Of a DNA stretch of 64,000 nt, positions 1 through 12,601 are shown piece after piece. Source of the stretch: an uncultured virus (IMG/VR IMGVR_UViG_3300017991_000099) (Duplodnaviria > Heunggongvirae > Uroviricota > Caudoviricetes); IMG/VR virus record IMGVR_UViG_3300017991_000099; one strand, 5' to 3'. Every line of letters begins with the position of its first letter. Positions within the stretch are counted from its first letter, which is position 1. The notes beneath the pieces were generated by a model, which saw nothing but the letters and a program-made list of their open reading frames with translations, searched no databases and was not told where the DNA came from. A program made the position numbers and the translations under genes.

Positions 1-117
1 ATCTTACTTCGTAATGACAATGATCAGGAGCACCATACTTCAATATACTCAAATTTAAAAAACATATCCCACCAGATATAAAAAGTATAAACAACTTACC
101 TATACGCTTTAACATGC

Positions 118-345
118 CTATTTCTCCCCCTCTGTAACACCGTATTGACAACAATGCTTGGGTATCTTGTTAGTCCTGTGTAATTTTACATTTATCGGAA
201 TAAGACCAGATTCCTTATGCGCCGAAAAACCAGGAAATTCTTCGTCAGGACAACCTATATATCCAGCCTTCCAACGACCTTCATCCCAAACCTTCTCGTT
301 TTTCTGATAACATTTGCTACAGATTTCCCTCTTCAAAATACGCAT
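118..345 (-). CDS. hypothetical protein (Cys-rich)
   Basis: ORF with purine-rich RBS upstream. Confidence 0.55.
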   Translation of the reverse strand: MRILKREICSKCYQKNEKVWDEGRWKAGYIGCPDEEFPGFSAHKESGLIPINVKLHRTNKIPKHCCQYGVTEGEK

Positions 346-453
346 ATCATAAACCTTTCCCTTTTCAAATCTGTATCAATTGTTAGTTCATTTTTCCTTT
401 ATATTATACCCCCAAATAGTTGAAAATTTGTCATTATATCAGGAGAAACCCAA

Positions 454-867
454 ATGTCCAAAGAAGAACTTATTTTTGCAAGTGAAACAGAAGCACTCCA
501 ATATCTTTCCAACTTAACAGGAAAGAGAGTGAAGGTGGCATATGATAAAAGAACAAATGCAGCTAAATATCTCGTATCTAAATTCGGATACGAGATTCCT
601 CAAGACTTAGAAGAATCTATTAATGAAATGAGCGAGCAAGAACAAATATCAATTGTTCGAAAAAACCCAACAGATATTGCATTTATACGCAATCCATCTG
701 AAAAAGTTCAATTAGCGGCGTTCGAAAAAGGATATCAAGAGACTATGAAAATGCTAGTACTAAATCAAATTCCTATTTCTGACAAATTAAAAGAAAAAAT
801 TATTAATAAATATAAGGGGATTTTAAGAGAATTGGATGGACAAAAAATTATTTATGTAAACCCATAA
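454..867 (+). CDS. hypothetical protein with shared 29-aa N-terminal leader; DUF4116-like helical repeat
   Basis: AGGAG RBS; N-terminus nearly identical to next gene; IAFIRNPSEKVQLAA repeat-like motif. Confidence 0.8.
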   Translation: MSKEELIFASETEALQYLSNLTGKRVKVAYDKRTNAAKYLVSKFGYEIPQDLEESINEMSEQEQISIVRKNPTDIAFIRNPSEKVQLAAFEKGYQETMKMLVLNQIPISDKLKEKIINKYKGILRELDGQKIIYVNP

Positions 868-895
868 ATGGCCTTCAAAACCAGGAGAAATCCAA

Positions 896-1424
896 ATGTC
901 CAAAGAAGAACTTATTTTCTCAAGTGAAACAGAAGCACTCCAATACCTCTCTAACTTAACAGGAAAGAGAGTGAAGGTGGCAGTAAAAAATATAACAGAA
1001 AAAGAAGCACTGGCCGACCCCAATAAAGCAGTCCTATTTATCAATCAAGAAAATCTCAAAATTACACAAAAATACGGTTTGGCGTCTTCAACCTTAAACC
1101 GCTCGTGAATTTATGGACGGACATTTCAGAAATCAAAAAGACTGGAAACAAAGTGGTAGTAATATAGTAGAAATGTTTCAAAAAGTGGGAGATGTAGCCT
1201 ATCAAGATGATGCCGATGACTACGAACCAAAAGTCGGAGATAAAGTGGAAATATATGAAAGAACATTAAACGTGCCCACCTATGTAGGCGATAGATCTGT
1301 TACAGAATTCTATGGAACTATCAAAGATAAAAATGGAGATCAATACGAAATCCTTATCGAAGACCCATGGGATAAAGAACACCTCATAACCCTTACAAAA
1401 GATCAATTCCACAAAGCAACATAA
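896..1424 (+). CDS. hypothetical protein with the same leader; probably one gene split by a 1-nt frameshift (896-1108 + 1113-1424)
   Basis: AGGAG RBS at 883; no RBS before 1113; deleting one A at 1096-1098 fuses the frames. Confidence 0.55.
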
Positions 1425-1466
1425 TTTTGTAGTGTAACAAACCAACATTCTTAACATTTCCCAATA

Positions 1467-1497
1467 ACCCCTGTCACTCAACAAGACAGGGGGTTTC
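1467..1497 (+). terminator. intrinsic terminator-like hairpin
   Basis: CCCCTGTC...GACAGGGG followed by T-rich run, after the 1424 stop. Confidence 0.6.
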
Positions 1498-1643
1498 TTA
1501 CATACATCTTCATCCTTATCCTCTTCATAATAACAACCACCCAAAGATCCCGCTCTCCAGGTCGTAATGACTTAACCCTACACATAAATCCCCAATACTA
1601 AATCAATCCTTAAGCATATCTGTATCAACCCCTATCTATTCAT

Positions 1644-1925
1644 TCATTCTTCCAAAAACCCCCTCTTCTTAATTTTCCTAATAACCAACTCCTCAGAATC
1701 CCAATTTGCAGAAACCGAATTGTCTCCAATAATATCACCGTATTCCTTCTGTACTAAATCCCAAAATGCCATAGTATCCTTCTCAAATGCATCCTCAGCC
1801 TTTATAACAGCAGATTCACTAAAATCCCAAGATTCAAACGATACCTTCTGACTCCGTAACCTAGCCATTAAAACATTCGTGCTTTCATTCAAATTCCTGT
1901 GTAAAGAAATCATAGCATCCGTCAT
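1644..1925 (-). CDS. hypothetical protein
   Basis: ORF with protein-like composition. Confidence 0.6.
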   Translation of the reverse strand: MTDAMISLHRNLNESTNVLMARLRSQKVSFESWDFSESAVIKAEDAFEKDTMAFWDLVQKEYGDIIGDNSVSANWDSEELVIRKIKKRGFLEE

Positions 1926-2138
1926 CTTTAAACGTACCTCTTCCTTGTCTTCCTTGTCTTCCTTGTAAATGTCAGAATCACCACCACAACCAACACTATT
2001 ATCACCAGCATAAGAAAAATCAATATAATCATAACTCTAAAACCCCTTCTTTATATTATACCCGCTTCATTCTTACTCTTACTTTCTCATCATTTTACTT
2101 TCTCATCATTAATTAAATCTATAATCATAAACCAAATC

Positions 2139-2825
2139 CTATAAACTCCATAATTTCCCATATCTTAAATATTCCTCACTATTATATTCCGTAAAATCTT
2201 CTAACTCTAACTCGTCATCAGTAGGAGCTAACCTGTTCACTACCCCAAATGTGCCCTCAGAACTAATCTTGCATTTTTCATAAGAACCCATCTGATTATA
2301 TACCCTGGCATCATACAAAATACCAAGATCCCAAAAATAAGTAGACACAATATAGTCAAATGCCCTCAAAGGACTCTCACAAATACCTCTCAAATATTTT
2401 TCGTCCTTCTTCACCTTGTCTTCATAAGCCCGTCCTACACCATCAAGACGAATTCGCAATATTTCATCGTCATCCCAATTAAACCACCTAAAACACTCAT
2501 CTCCACTGTCCTTATACTTTTCCTCGTAAATCAAAGAGTAATATTCCAAAATACGATATAAAAGATAAAAATGATACTCAGTTGGCATATAAAGAATACG
2601 CCTGCCTATACCATCTATTAATTTTTTGCACTCTCTACGAAATGTCTCAATATCAGGGAAAAGACGAGAACACTGAAATATGTCTCTATCTCCTTCCCAT
2701 ATAACTTCAGAAAAAGTGTCCCGCAATGCATAATTTAATAAATCAACTACTAATCGATCAAACCCTTCCGTTGGCTCTTCTGCCCATCTTAACATTCTTA
2801 TTCTCTCTTTAAAAATCTGTATCAA
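2139..2825 (-). CDS. hypothetical protein
   Basis: 228-aa ORF, GAAGAGGG upstream. Confidence 0.75.
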   Translation of the reverse strand: MIQIFKERIRMLRWAEEPTEGFDRLVVDLLNYALRDTFSEVIWEGDRDIFQCSRLFPDIETFRRECKKLIDGIGRRILYMPTEYHFYLLYRILEYYSLIYEEKYKDSGDECFRWFNWDDDEILRIRLDGVGRAYEDKVKKDEKYLRGICESPLRAFDYIVSTYFWDLGILYDARVYNQMGSYEKCKISSEGTFGVVNRLAPTDDELELEDFTEYNSEEYLRYGKLWSL

Positions 2826-3036
2826 ACCCTCTTCCCAATCCCCAAATTCACAATCCCAATAAATTTATTTCCTGCTTAACCCCCGCATTATCAATTTCAT
2901 CACAAAAAGACTGAGGTAATTCCCCCTTAGTATTTAAATGATGAATCGCCCGTACATGATCAATATTATACGGATCAAAATAATCATAAAGTCTCATCTG
3001 TATCAACTCCTCTTCCTTAAAATAAACGGAATATTG

Positions 3037-3351
3037 CTACAAATCTTCTTTCCCATCCCTCATCTTACATATTAATCGATCCAAATCACTCAAACCACGA
3101 ATTCCTAAATTGTGAACCCCTTTTAATCTTTTATATAAATCTGTATCAACTGCCCCATTAGACTTCAACTCCTCTAACATCAACCTTATTAAATGATTCG
3201 CTCCCTCTATATCCTCATGCTTAAATGCCCTTTCCAATATCCCCATTATATAATCCCGATGCGATATCTTCTTCTTACCCTCATTCCTTAAACCTTCAAA
3301 TAACTCACCCACATAAACATTCAAACGATCAGTCAACTCTTCCCTACTCAT
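3037..3351 (-). CDS. hypothetical protein
   Basis: RBS GAGAGG; ends RDGKEDL. Confidence 0.7.
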   Translation of the reverse strand: MSREELTDRLNVYVGELFEGLRNEGKKKISHRDYIMGILERAFKHEDIEGANHLIRLMLEELKSNGAVDTDLYKRLKGVHNLGIRGLSDLDRLICKMRDGKEDL

Positions 3352-3378
3352 ATCTTATTCCCTCTCTTTTATATATTG

Positions 3379-3612
3379 CTACAAATCTTCTTTCCCATCC
3401 CTTATCTCTTCAATCTCAGTCTTTAACCTATTCTTCAACGATTCAGACAATAATCGGAAAATAGTTAAAGTACGAAGAGAATCCCTACCCACAAAAGAAA
3501 AACCAAAATCATGAATAACTAACGCCTGCTCCAATAACTTCTCAACATCACTTTCCGGAATACCCTCAAACATCTGGTAAATCGTATATCGTACCTCTTC
3601 CCTTAATCCCAT
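3379..3612 (-). CDS. hypothetical protein
   Basis: RBS GGGGGTG; ends RDGKEDL. Confidence 0.7.
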   Translation of the reverse strand: MGLREEVRYTIYQMFEGIPESDVEKLLEQALVIHDFGFSFVGRDSLRTLTIFRLLSESLKNRLKTEIEEIRDGKEDL

Positions 3613-4116
3613 CTATATCACCCCCAATTCAAATTTGCTACAACTCTATTCCCATTATTATACCGACTTACTACGAATTATGCCAACTTTTGCTGCAAAA
3701 TATAGCAAATAAAATAGGCTTGATACAACTTAAATCCTTATATATCAACGCTTTGTAGTGATTAGAAAGGGGTTGGGAAATAACTTTTCGCGAGAATTTT
3801 TTTTAATTTCACTCTTTTTCTAAAAAATTTGATACAGATATGCTTTTCTGATTTAAATATTTAATTATATGGCGTTATATTGCCCTTTTATATTACCTCT
3901 TAGAATAGATCCCGTTTCATTCCGCTACTTTTCACTTGGTTGCACTTAATTACACTACGCTATTTCTATTCTATCTTTCGTTTTTAAAATTTTCGTTTTT
4001 TGTTTTGAAATTTTTAACTTGGAAATTGTATATCATTATTGTAGCATAGAGACAAATTGTGCTTTTGATGAGATTTGTAGTAAAGATACAGATTTATAGA
4101 AAAAAGAGAAAAAGAA

Positions 4117-4281
4117 ATGTCTAGACTTGAGATTGATACAAATGGGAATAGATTTTGGTATAACGACAAAAGACATAGAATAGATGGACCTGCTATTGAA
4201 TGTAGTAATGGAGTAAAATGGTGGTATAAAAACAGCAAACAATATACAGAAAAAGAATATAGGAAAATCTGTAGCAAATAA
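4117..4281 (+). CDS. HRxDGPA-repeat protein (54 aa, below ORF-track cutoff)
   Basis: MSRLEIDTNGNRFWYNDKRHRIDGPAIECSNG... Confidence 0.75.
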   Translation: MSRLEIDTNGNRFWYNDKRHRIDGPAIECSNGVKWWYKNSKQYTEKEYRKICSK

Positions 4282-4712
4282 ATTTTTGTTTGGATTAAGG
4301 TTTTCGCGGCGATTTTTTGAAATTTGATTGCGCTATACAAATTTGATATTTTATGTGCCAAATTTGTATTTTAGAGAATTAGAAGAAGTTACCTATCCGT
4401 TCATATCCACTTCAATCTACTCTCTTCTCGTGGGTTCGACTCGGTTATGTTTATTATATCTTTCTTAGGATTGAAAATAAAGCCTTGTATTTCTTTTTTC
4501 TTTTGAGGATGGGTTAGAAGTCAATATTGGTTCTTATTTGATTTTACATAGCCAAATTTCTAAAATAAAAGGTGTTTCTTGTTTTCTTCTTTTATTCTTT
4601 TCTGGGAATTCTTAAAAATTTTGTCTTTCTAATTTGTCTATATATTTGAGGTTGCTAATTTATGTATCAGACTGTAAGATATATGCTACAGATTTAGAAG
4701 AAGAATAGAGAT

Positions 4713-5033
4713 ATGAGTTTAGAGATAGATAAATTTGGGAATAGGTGGTGGCTTATTAACAGCAAATTACATAGAGACAATGGTCCTGCTGTTGAAATAA
4801 ATAATGGATATAAAGAATGGTATAAAAACGGTAAAAAACATAGATTAGATGGTCCTGCTGTTGAATGTAGTAATGGATCTAAATTTTGGTATAAAAACGG
4901 AAAACTACATAGAGAAGACGGTCCTGCTATTGAAAAAAGCAATGGATATAAAGAATACTGGATAAACAATATACAATATACAGAAGAAGAATATGTAGTA
5001 AAGATACATGAAATATCTAAAGAGGAGAAATAG
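4713..5033 (+). CDS. HRxDGPA-repeat protein (3 repeats)
   Basis: 22-aa HRxDGPA[IV]ExxNGxKxW repeats. Confidence 0.9.
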   Translation: MSLEIDKFGNRWWLINSKLHRDNGPAVEINNGYKEWYKNGKKHRLDGPAVECSNGSKFWYKNGKLHREDGPAIEKSNGYKEYWINNIQYTEEEYVVKIHEISKEEK

Positions 5034-5267
5034 ATGAGTTTGAAGACAGATAGATTTGGAAATAGATTTTGGTTAGATGATAAAAACAGGTATCATAGGG
5101 AAGATGGACCAGCAATAGAGTGGCCTAGTGGATTTAAAGAATATTGGGTATATGGGGTAAGCTGTTCAGGATACAAGGACTATTTAGAAAGGATACATGA
5201 AATATCTAAAGAGGAAAAATTTGAAGAATATTTAAAGAGGGAAATAGATGAGATTAAGAATACTTGA
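5034..5267 (+). CDS. HRxDGPA-repeat protein
   Basis: HREDGPAIEW motif. Confidence 0.85.
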   Translation: MSLKTDRFGNRFWLDDKNRYHREDGPAIEWPSGFKEYWVYGVSCSGYKDYLERIHEISKEEKFEEYLKREIDEIKNT

Positions 5268-5433
5268 TGATTGCAGGTTATGGTCGGATTATAAGGGGAG
5301 GATACATAGAATAGACGGTCCTGCAATTGAGTATTATAATGGTGGTCGTTTATATTATTTAGAGGGATATAGATATTGTTATTCTGAATGGCGGGATAAG
5401 ATTAACAAATACAGGATATCTAAAGATGTCTAA
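5248..5433 (+). CDS. HRxDGPA-repeat protein
   Basis: HRIDGPAIEY motif. Confidence 0.8.
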   Translation: MRLRILDDCRLWSDYKGRIHRIDGPAIEYYNGGRLYYLEGYRYCYSEWRDKINKYRISKDV

Positions 5434-5818
5434 TTTAACAGTAGATAGATTTGGAAATAGAGTATGGGTTAATTCTGAAGATGAAAGACATAGGTTAGAT
5501 GGGGCTGCTGTAGAATGGTGTAATGGAGATAAAGAATATTGGGTTAACGGAAAAAGGCACAGGTTAAATGGTCCAGCGATTGAGTATAAGAATGGTGAGA
5601 GATATTGGTATAAAGAAGGCAAGATAGATAGAGAAGACGGACCTGCTGTAGAAGATCCTATATTAAAAGTTAAGGTTTGGTTTAAAAATGGAATTAAACA
5701 TAGAGAGGATGGGGCTGCTGTAGAACATAGTGATGGCTCTAAAGAATATTGGATAAATGGAGTAAAATATACAGAAGAAGAATATTGGAGAAAGATGGAT
5801 GAAATTAATAATAGATGA
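5426..5818 (+). CDS. HRxDGPA-repeat protein (4 repeats)
   Basis: repeat motif. Confidence 0.9.
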   Translation: MSNLTVDRFGNRVWVNSEDERHRLDGAAVEWCNGDKEYWVNGKRHRLNGPAIEYKNGERYWYKEGKIDREDGPAVEDPILKVKVWFKNGIKHREDGAAVEHSDGSKEYWINGVKYTEEEYWRKMDEINNR

Positions 5819-6002
5819 ATTTGGGAATCGTTTTTGGCATGATGAATTTGAGCATTTATATAGAGAAGATGGTCCTGCAATTGAATGGAGTAATGGAGAA
5901 AAGACTTATTGCTTAAACAACATTACTTATACTTATCATATTTGGTTTGAGAAGACTAAGCGCTTTCTTGAGTCTCCGAATAGAACAGAATGGGAAAGAT
6001 GA
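5799..6002 (+). CDS. HRxDGPA-repeat protein
   Basis: YREDGPAIEW motif. Confidence 0.8.
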   Translation: MKLIIDEFGNRFWHDEFEHLYREDGPAIEWSNGEKTYCLNNITYTYHIWFEKTKRFLESPNRTEWER

Positions 6003-6226
6003 AATTATTAATAACTGAAAATGGCAACAGATATTGGATGAATGATAGAAAATGTTTTCACAGAGATAATGGTCCAGCTATTGAATATAATGATGGGGCG
6101 AAAGAATGGTATAAGAATGGAAAATTACACAGAGATAATGGACCAGCAGTGGAATGTAGTGATGGATATAGAGAATGGTGGCTTAACGGCAAAAAAACAG
6201 GAAGAGCTATGGGGAAATTTGATTGA
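5999..6226 (+). CDS. HRxDGPA-repeat protein (2 repeats)
   Basis: HRDNGPA x2. Confidence 0.85.
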   Translation: MKLLITENGNRYWMNDRKCFHRDNGPAIEYNDGAKEWYKNGKLHRDNGPAVECSDGYREWWLNGKKTGRAMGKFD

Positions 6227-6263
6227 TTATTCCTAAAACTAATGGTTTTTGATTTTTAGATAT

Positions 6264-6306
6264 GGGTGTGCATCTGAAGTTATAATTGATTTTCAGATAC
6301 ACACCC
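6264..6306. terminator. hairpin between convergent genes
   Basis: GGGTGTGCATCTGAA...TTCAGATACACACCC. Confidence 0.6.
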
Positions 6307-6317
6307 TTTATTTAGTT

Positions 6318-6983
6318 TTAATCGAGTGGAATTAGATCTTCTCCGTCTGCTGTATTATTATTCTTTTTCCAATTTTCTGCTGGGTCGTTATTATTTTCGT
6401 CAAGTTTTTTATATTGATCTTCATTCCATTCAATATCTAGAGGAATAACTTTATCTGTTGGTTCTTCTTTTTGTGGGGCTTCTGCTTTCTTTTCCTTCTC
6501 TTCCGTTTGTTTACGTTTAAATATGTTTAGGAATTTTCTTTCTTCTTTATTATATTTATCTCTGATTGAATTCATAATTTCTTCGGGAGTTTCAAGGTTT
6601 TTTCTTCTCTCCATATAGTCTTTTTTGTTTTGGTTCATGATAGTTGGGACAGCATATTTGAATGCATAATACCATGTGCTTAAGTATGTATTTGGATCTA
6701 AGTCTGTGTGTGCTTTTAAATATTTCACAGCGCGTTCGAATTCTGTTTTTCTTGAATTAGGGCCAAATGGAATATATTTTACGCAGACGACGACATCAGG
6801 ATCCATACGAACAAGGGCAACACCTCCAAATTCGGGTGCATATCGTCCTTTATACTCCAATGCTCCATAACTGATAATTGCTAATTTGCCTGCATATTTT
6901 GTTTTTACTTCACACATGTCCTCTATAAACATAAACGGGGACATATTTTTAGGCAATTCGGTATTAAATCGTTTGGTTATCAT
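6318..6983 (-). CDS. hypothetical protein
   Basis: 221-aa ORF, AAAGGA RBS. Confidence 0.8.
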   Translation of the reverse strand: MITKRFNTELPKNMSPFMFIEDMCEVKTKYAGKLAIISYGALEYKGRYAPEFGGVALVRMDPDVVVCVKYIPFGPNSRKTEFERAVKYLKAHTDLDPNTYLSTWYYAFKYAVPTIMNQNKKDYMERRKNLETPEEIMNSIRDKYNKEERKFLNIFKRKQTEEKEKKAEAPQKEEPTDKVIPLDIEWNEDQYKKLDENNNDPAENWKKNNNTADGEDLIPLD

Positions 6984-7010
6984 TACACTAGGTTCCTTTC
7001 TAAGGTGTTT

Positions 7011-7418
7011 TTAAATAAAGGGAGTGCTCATACAATCTTCAAGCACTTCTTTAATCTTCTTGCTTGTTTTGACTGTATATTCATTTCTCAGGTCATATCG
7101 GTTTTCATCAAGATTGGCCCATTGTTCACAGAGTTTCAAGAAGAGGCCAAAGACAGATTGCTGCAATGTTCGGTGGTCGCTTAATACTGCATTTGCGAAT
7201 TTTTGTTTGTCTTCCTCGTTGCAATAATTCACAAAAGAAGTAAGTTGTTTTCCTACTACATTTCCTTTGGGGTACACATCGACTTTTTCTGAGTACTTGT
7301 CGATTTGTTCTACTGCTTTTGTTAAGTTCTCTTTTGCACTTTCCTCATCTCCATCTTTCAGGGCAGTGAGGGCGATTCTGATTTGTGAGATTGTTGAGTC
7401 TGATACTTTGAAGCTCAT
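7011..7418 (-). CDS. hypothetical protein
   Basis: AAGGAG RBS before MSFKVSD. Confidence 0.75.
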   Translation of the reverse strand: MSFKVSDSTISQIRIALTALKDGDEESAKENLTKAVEQIDKYSEKVDVYPKGNVVGKQLTSFVNYCNEEDKQKFANAVLSDHRTLQQSVFGLFLKLCEQWANLDENRYDLRNEYTVKTSKKIKEVLEDCMSTPFI

Positions 7419-7434
7419 TTTATTTCTCCTTAAA

Positions 7435-7908
7435 TTAGGGCATATAAAAGCCATCACAAGTTTCCAGGAATTCGATAAGCTCTTTTGCTTCTGTTTCTGA
7501 GGCTCTTAACATGCTTTTGAGGTTTTCTTCTTTGTGATCTTTTTTATTAGCAACGATCAAACTTGTAACTGTATCGACTATATTATTTGTACAGAGTTCG
7601 ATAGGATATGTAAAATAGAACTTTCCGTCTTCCATATCAGCGGTCATTCCAAAGTCGATTAGCATCATAGGATCATTGATGAGCATTTTGAGTTTTTCAG
7701 CGATATCTCTACAAAAGAATGTAACTGAGATGCCATGTCCGCTATTATCTTCAAGTTCTATAAATCGTTCTGTTTTTACGAATCTTTTTCCTTCTTCGGC
7801 ATTGAGTTGGTTTGCAATAGACATCATAGTTCGTAGAGGTTCCCAAGCCCATTCTGTTATTTGAAGGACATTGTCTTCATTTCCTTTGTCTACTAGTTCA
7901 ACGTTCAT
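7435..7908 (-). CDS. hypothetical protein
   Basis: AAGGAG RBS and promoter motif. Confidence 0.8.
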   Translation of the reverse strand: MNVELVDKGNEDNVLQITEWAWEPLRTMMSIANQLNAEEGKRFVKTERFIELEDNSGHGISVTFFCRDIAEKLKMLINDPMMLIDFGMTADMEDGKFYFTYPIELCTNNIVDTVTSLIVANKKDHKEENLKSMLRASETEAKELIEFLETCDGFYMP

Positions 7909-8197
7909 ATTTCTTTCTCCTTTCTTGTTTGTATAGACAATTTAGGAGATGAAAATTTTTGAACTTTTTTATTATTTTAAAGGGGGTTTTAGGTTACATC
8001 GATTTAATCTGTTTAGGAATAAAAAGGTCGTGCTCGGGAGAAATTTTAAGCACGACCAAAAAAGGGGGAAGTGAGCATTAGGCAGATATGGGTGGGGGGT
8101 TTATAGTTTTTAAGCTTTAAATTTTTAGCCTATAACTGTAACCGCCTAAGCTCATTAAGTAGAAAAATTTATAAAAGAATTATGAAAAATGAAGATC

Positions 8198-8982
8198 TTA
8201 TTTTCGACGTATAAGCATTTCAGAGATGGTTTGGGCTTCTAATTTTTTAATTTGTATGTCTTCTTTGCTGTATATAAGATTTTTCGATTCCATTTCTAAT
8301 ATAGTGTCGATAAGTTTGTCTACAATTCTATTTTTCTCGATTATTGATTTGGAAGAATATTTAAGTTGGAATTTATGTTTAATTTTGTTTAGTTCTTTTT
8401 CTGTTAGTGTTTTGGGTTCAGCAGTCGTCATATATAGTTCTCCTTTTTAAAGAGTTGTTTCCATTTTAGAAAGAGTTGTTCTATTGTACCAATTTCATAT
8501 ATAAGTTTAAGCATTTTCTTTTGTTGATGTTTTATACAGACCTCAAAGGCTTCGTATAATTCTTTGTTTTTCTTTTCGTATGCTTGGTCTGCTCTTAGTT
8601 TTAAATAATTATGCTGATTTGATCTTCTTTCTAATTCTCTCTTTTTGTTTTTCAAGATTTTCGACATAACTTTTAGTTTTCTTTCCATACTTTATATATC
8701 GGAAAGAGTGTTATTTATTCTTTAGATTAGTTCTGAATTTTCGTCATCATCTTCTTCTGGGACTATATTTGTTATTTCGCTGAATTCGTGTCTGAGTTGT
8801 TGCTTTGCTATATCTGTTAAGCCTAGCATATGGCAAATATCTTCTCTTCTAACGCCAAAGGAGAAAAAGGGTAATGTTTCGTGAGGAGGACCGTTAAAGT
8901 ATTGTGCGATAAAGACAAAGCTTAGGTTTCGATTTCCTAATTCTGAGCAGATGTCGTGTAGAGTTGCTTCTGTTAATTGCAT
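8198..8982 (-). CDS. three small hypothetical genes (8198-8431, 8428-8688, 8722-8982)
   Basis: co-oriented ORFs, GGAG RBSs. Confidence 0.65.
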
Positions 8983-9033
8983 TCTTTCTCCTTACTATTT
9001 CTTAGGTTAGCTTATATAAGGAGAAAGTGTTAT

Positions 9034-9381
9034 TCAAGAAAAATGTAAATTTGGTTTATATCTTATTTGTTTCAGGTCATTTATTTCTTTATTGTATTCT
9101 TCTTCTGTATCATATCGAATCCCCCATATCCAGTATTCTTTTGTTCCGTCGCCATATTCAATTGCAGGTCCATCTTCTCTATCTAACCTTCCATGAACCA
9201 TCCAATATTTGTCTCCGTTGCTTAGTATAATAGCAGGACCGTCTTCTTTATGTCTTGTCCCGTTTTTATACCAGAATTTGCTTCCATCGGGATATTCAAC
9301 GGCTGGACCATTATCTCTGTGTCTTCTTTTGTATTTGTTTAACCAGACTCTTTTCTCATTTTTGTAGATTTTTAAAGGCAT
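9034..9381 (-). CDS. HRxDGPA-repeat protein (3 repeats)
   Basis: start MPLKIYK; repeat motif. Confidence 0.85.
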   Translation of the reverse strand: MPLKIYKNEKRVWLNKYKRRHRDNGPAVEYPDGSKFWYKNGTRHKEDGPAIILSNGDKYWMVHGRLDREDGPAIEYGDGTKEYWIWGIRYDTEEEYNKEINDLKQIRYKPNLHFS

Positions 9382-9611
9382 TTTGTTTTTTCCTCGTATT
9401 CTTCTTTTGTGTATTGTTTGCCGTTTATCCAATATTCTTTAAATCCATTGCTTCCTTCAACAGCTGGCCCATTTAGTCTGTGTAGTTTGCCATTTTTACA
9501 CCAACCCCTATATCCATTATTCTATTCAATAGCAGGTCCATTTTCTCTATGCAATTGACCTTTTTCGTTATACCAGTATCTATCTCCATTTTTATCAATT
9601 CTTAGAGGCAT
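9372..9611 (-). pseudogene. HRxDGPA-repeat gene with internal TAG
   Basis: MPLRIDKNG...HRENGPAIE*NNG...HRLNGPAVE; TAG at 9522-9524. Confidence 0.75.
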
Positions 9612-9645
9612 TTTATTTTTTCCTAAAACTAATAGGTTTTGATAT

Positions 9646-12233
<2,588 letters not shown>

Positions 12234-12234
12234 T

Positions 12235-12483
12235 TCACTTAGGAAATTTTAGAGACTTTTTATTATATTCTTTTTTTGTGTATAGTTTATCGTTAAGAAA
12301 ATATTCTTTCTCTCCAAAATGCCATTCAATAGCGGGTCCACCTATTCTATGAAACTTTCCATTTTTGAACCATTGCTTAGTTCCATTAACACATTCAACG
12401 GCTGGACCATCTTCTCTGTGATAATAACCTTGATCGTTATACCACAATCTACTTCCATCTTCATCAATCTCAAGTCTAGACAT
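12235..12483 (-). CDS. HRxDGPA-repeat protein
   Basis: start MSRLEID. Confidence 0.85.
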   Translation of the reverse strand: MSRLEIDEDGSRLWYNDQGYYHREDGPAVECVNGTKQWFKNGKFHRIGGPAIEWHFGEKEYFLNDKLYTKKEYNKKSLKFPK

Positions 12484-12601
12484 TTTTAATTTCCTTATAT
12501 AAAAGCGGACTCTGGGCATTGGATAATTTAGGCAGGATTCCAACACCCAGAGTCCACACACAGGAGTTAAGTTATATTTCCTTTTCCTAAAACTAATAGG
12601 T

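Larger units (their letters stand above)
314..4277. repeat. cluster of 11-mer AT(C/T)TGTA(T/G)CAA (iteron-like)
   Basis: + copies at 369, 1618, 2815, 2996, 3139, 4267; reverse copies at 314, 3034, 3376, 3829, 4133. Confidence 0.75.

Noticed and set aside
1940..1967. Short 9-bp tandem repeat (TCTTCCTTG)
   Set aside because: Only about 3 copies; simple slippage repeat
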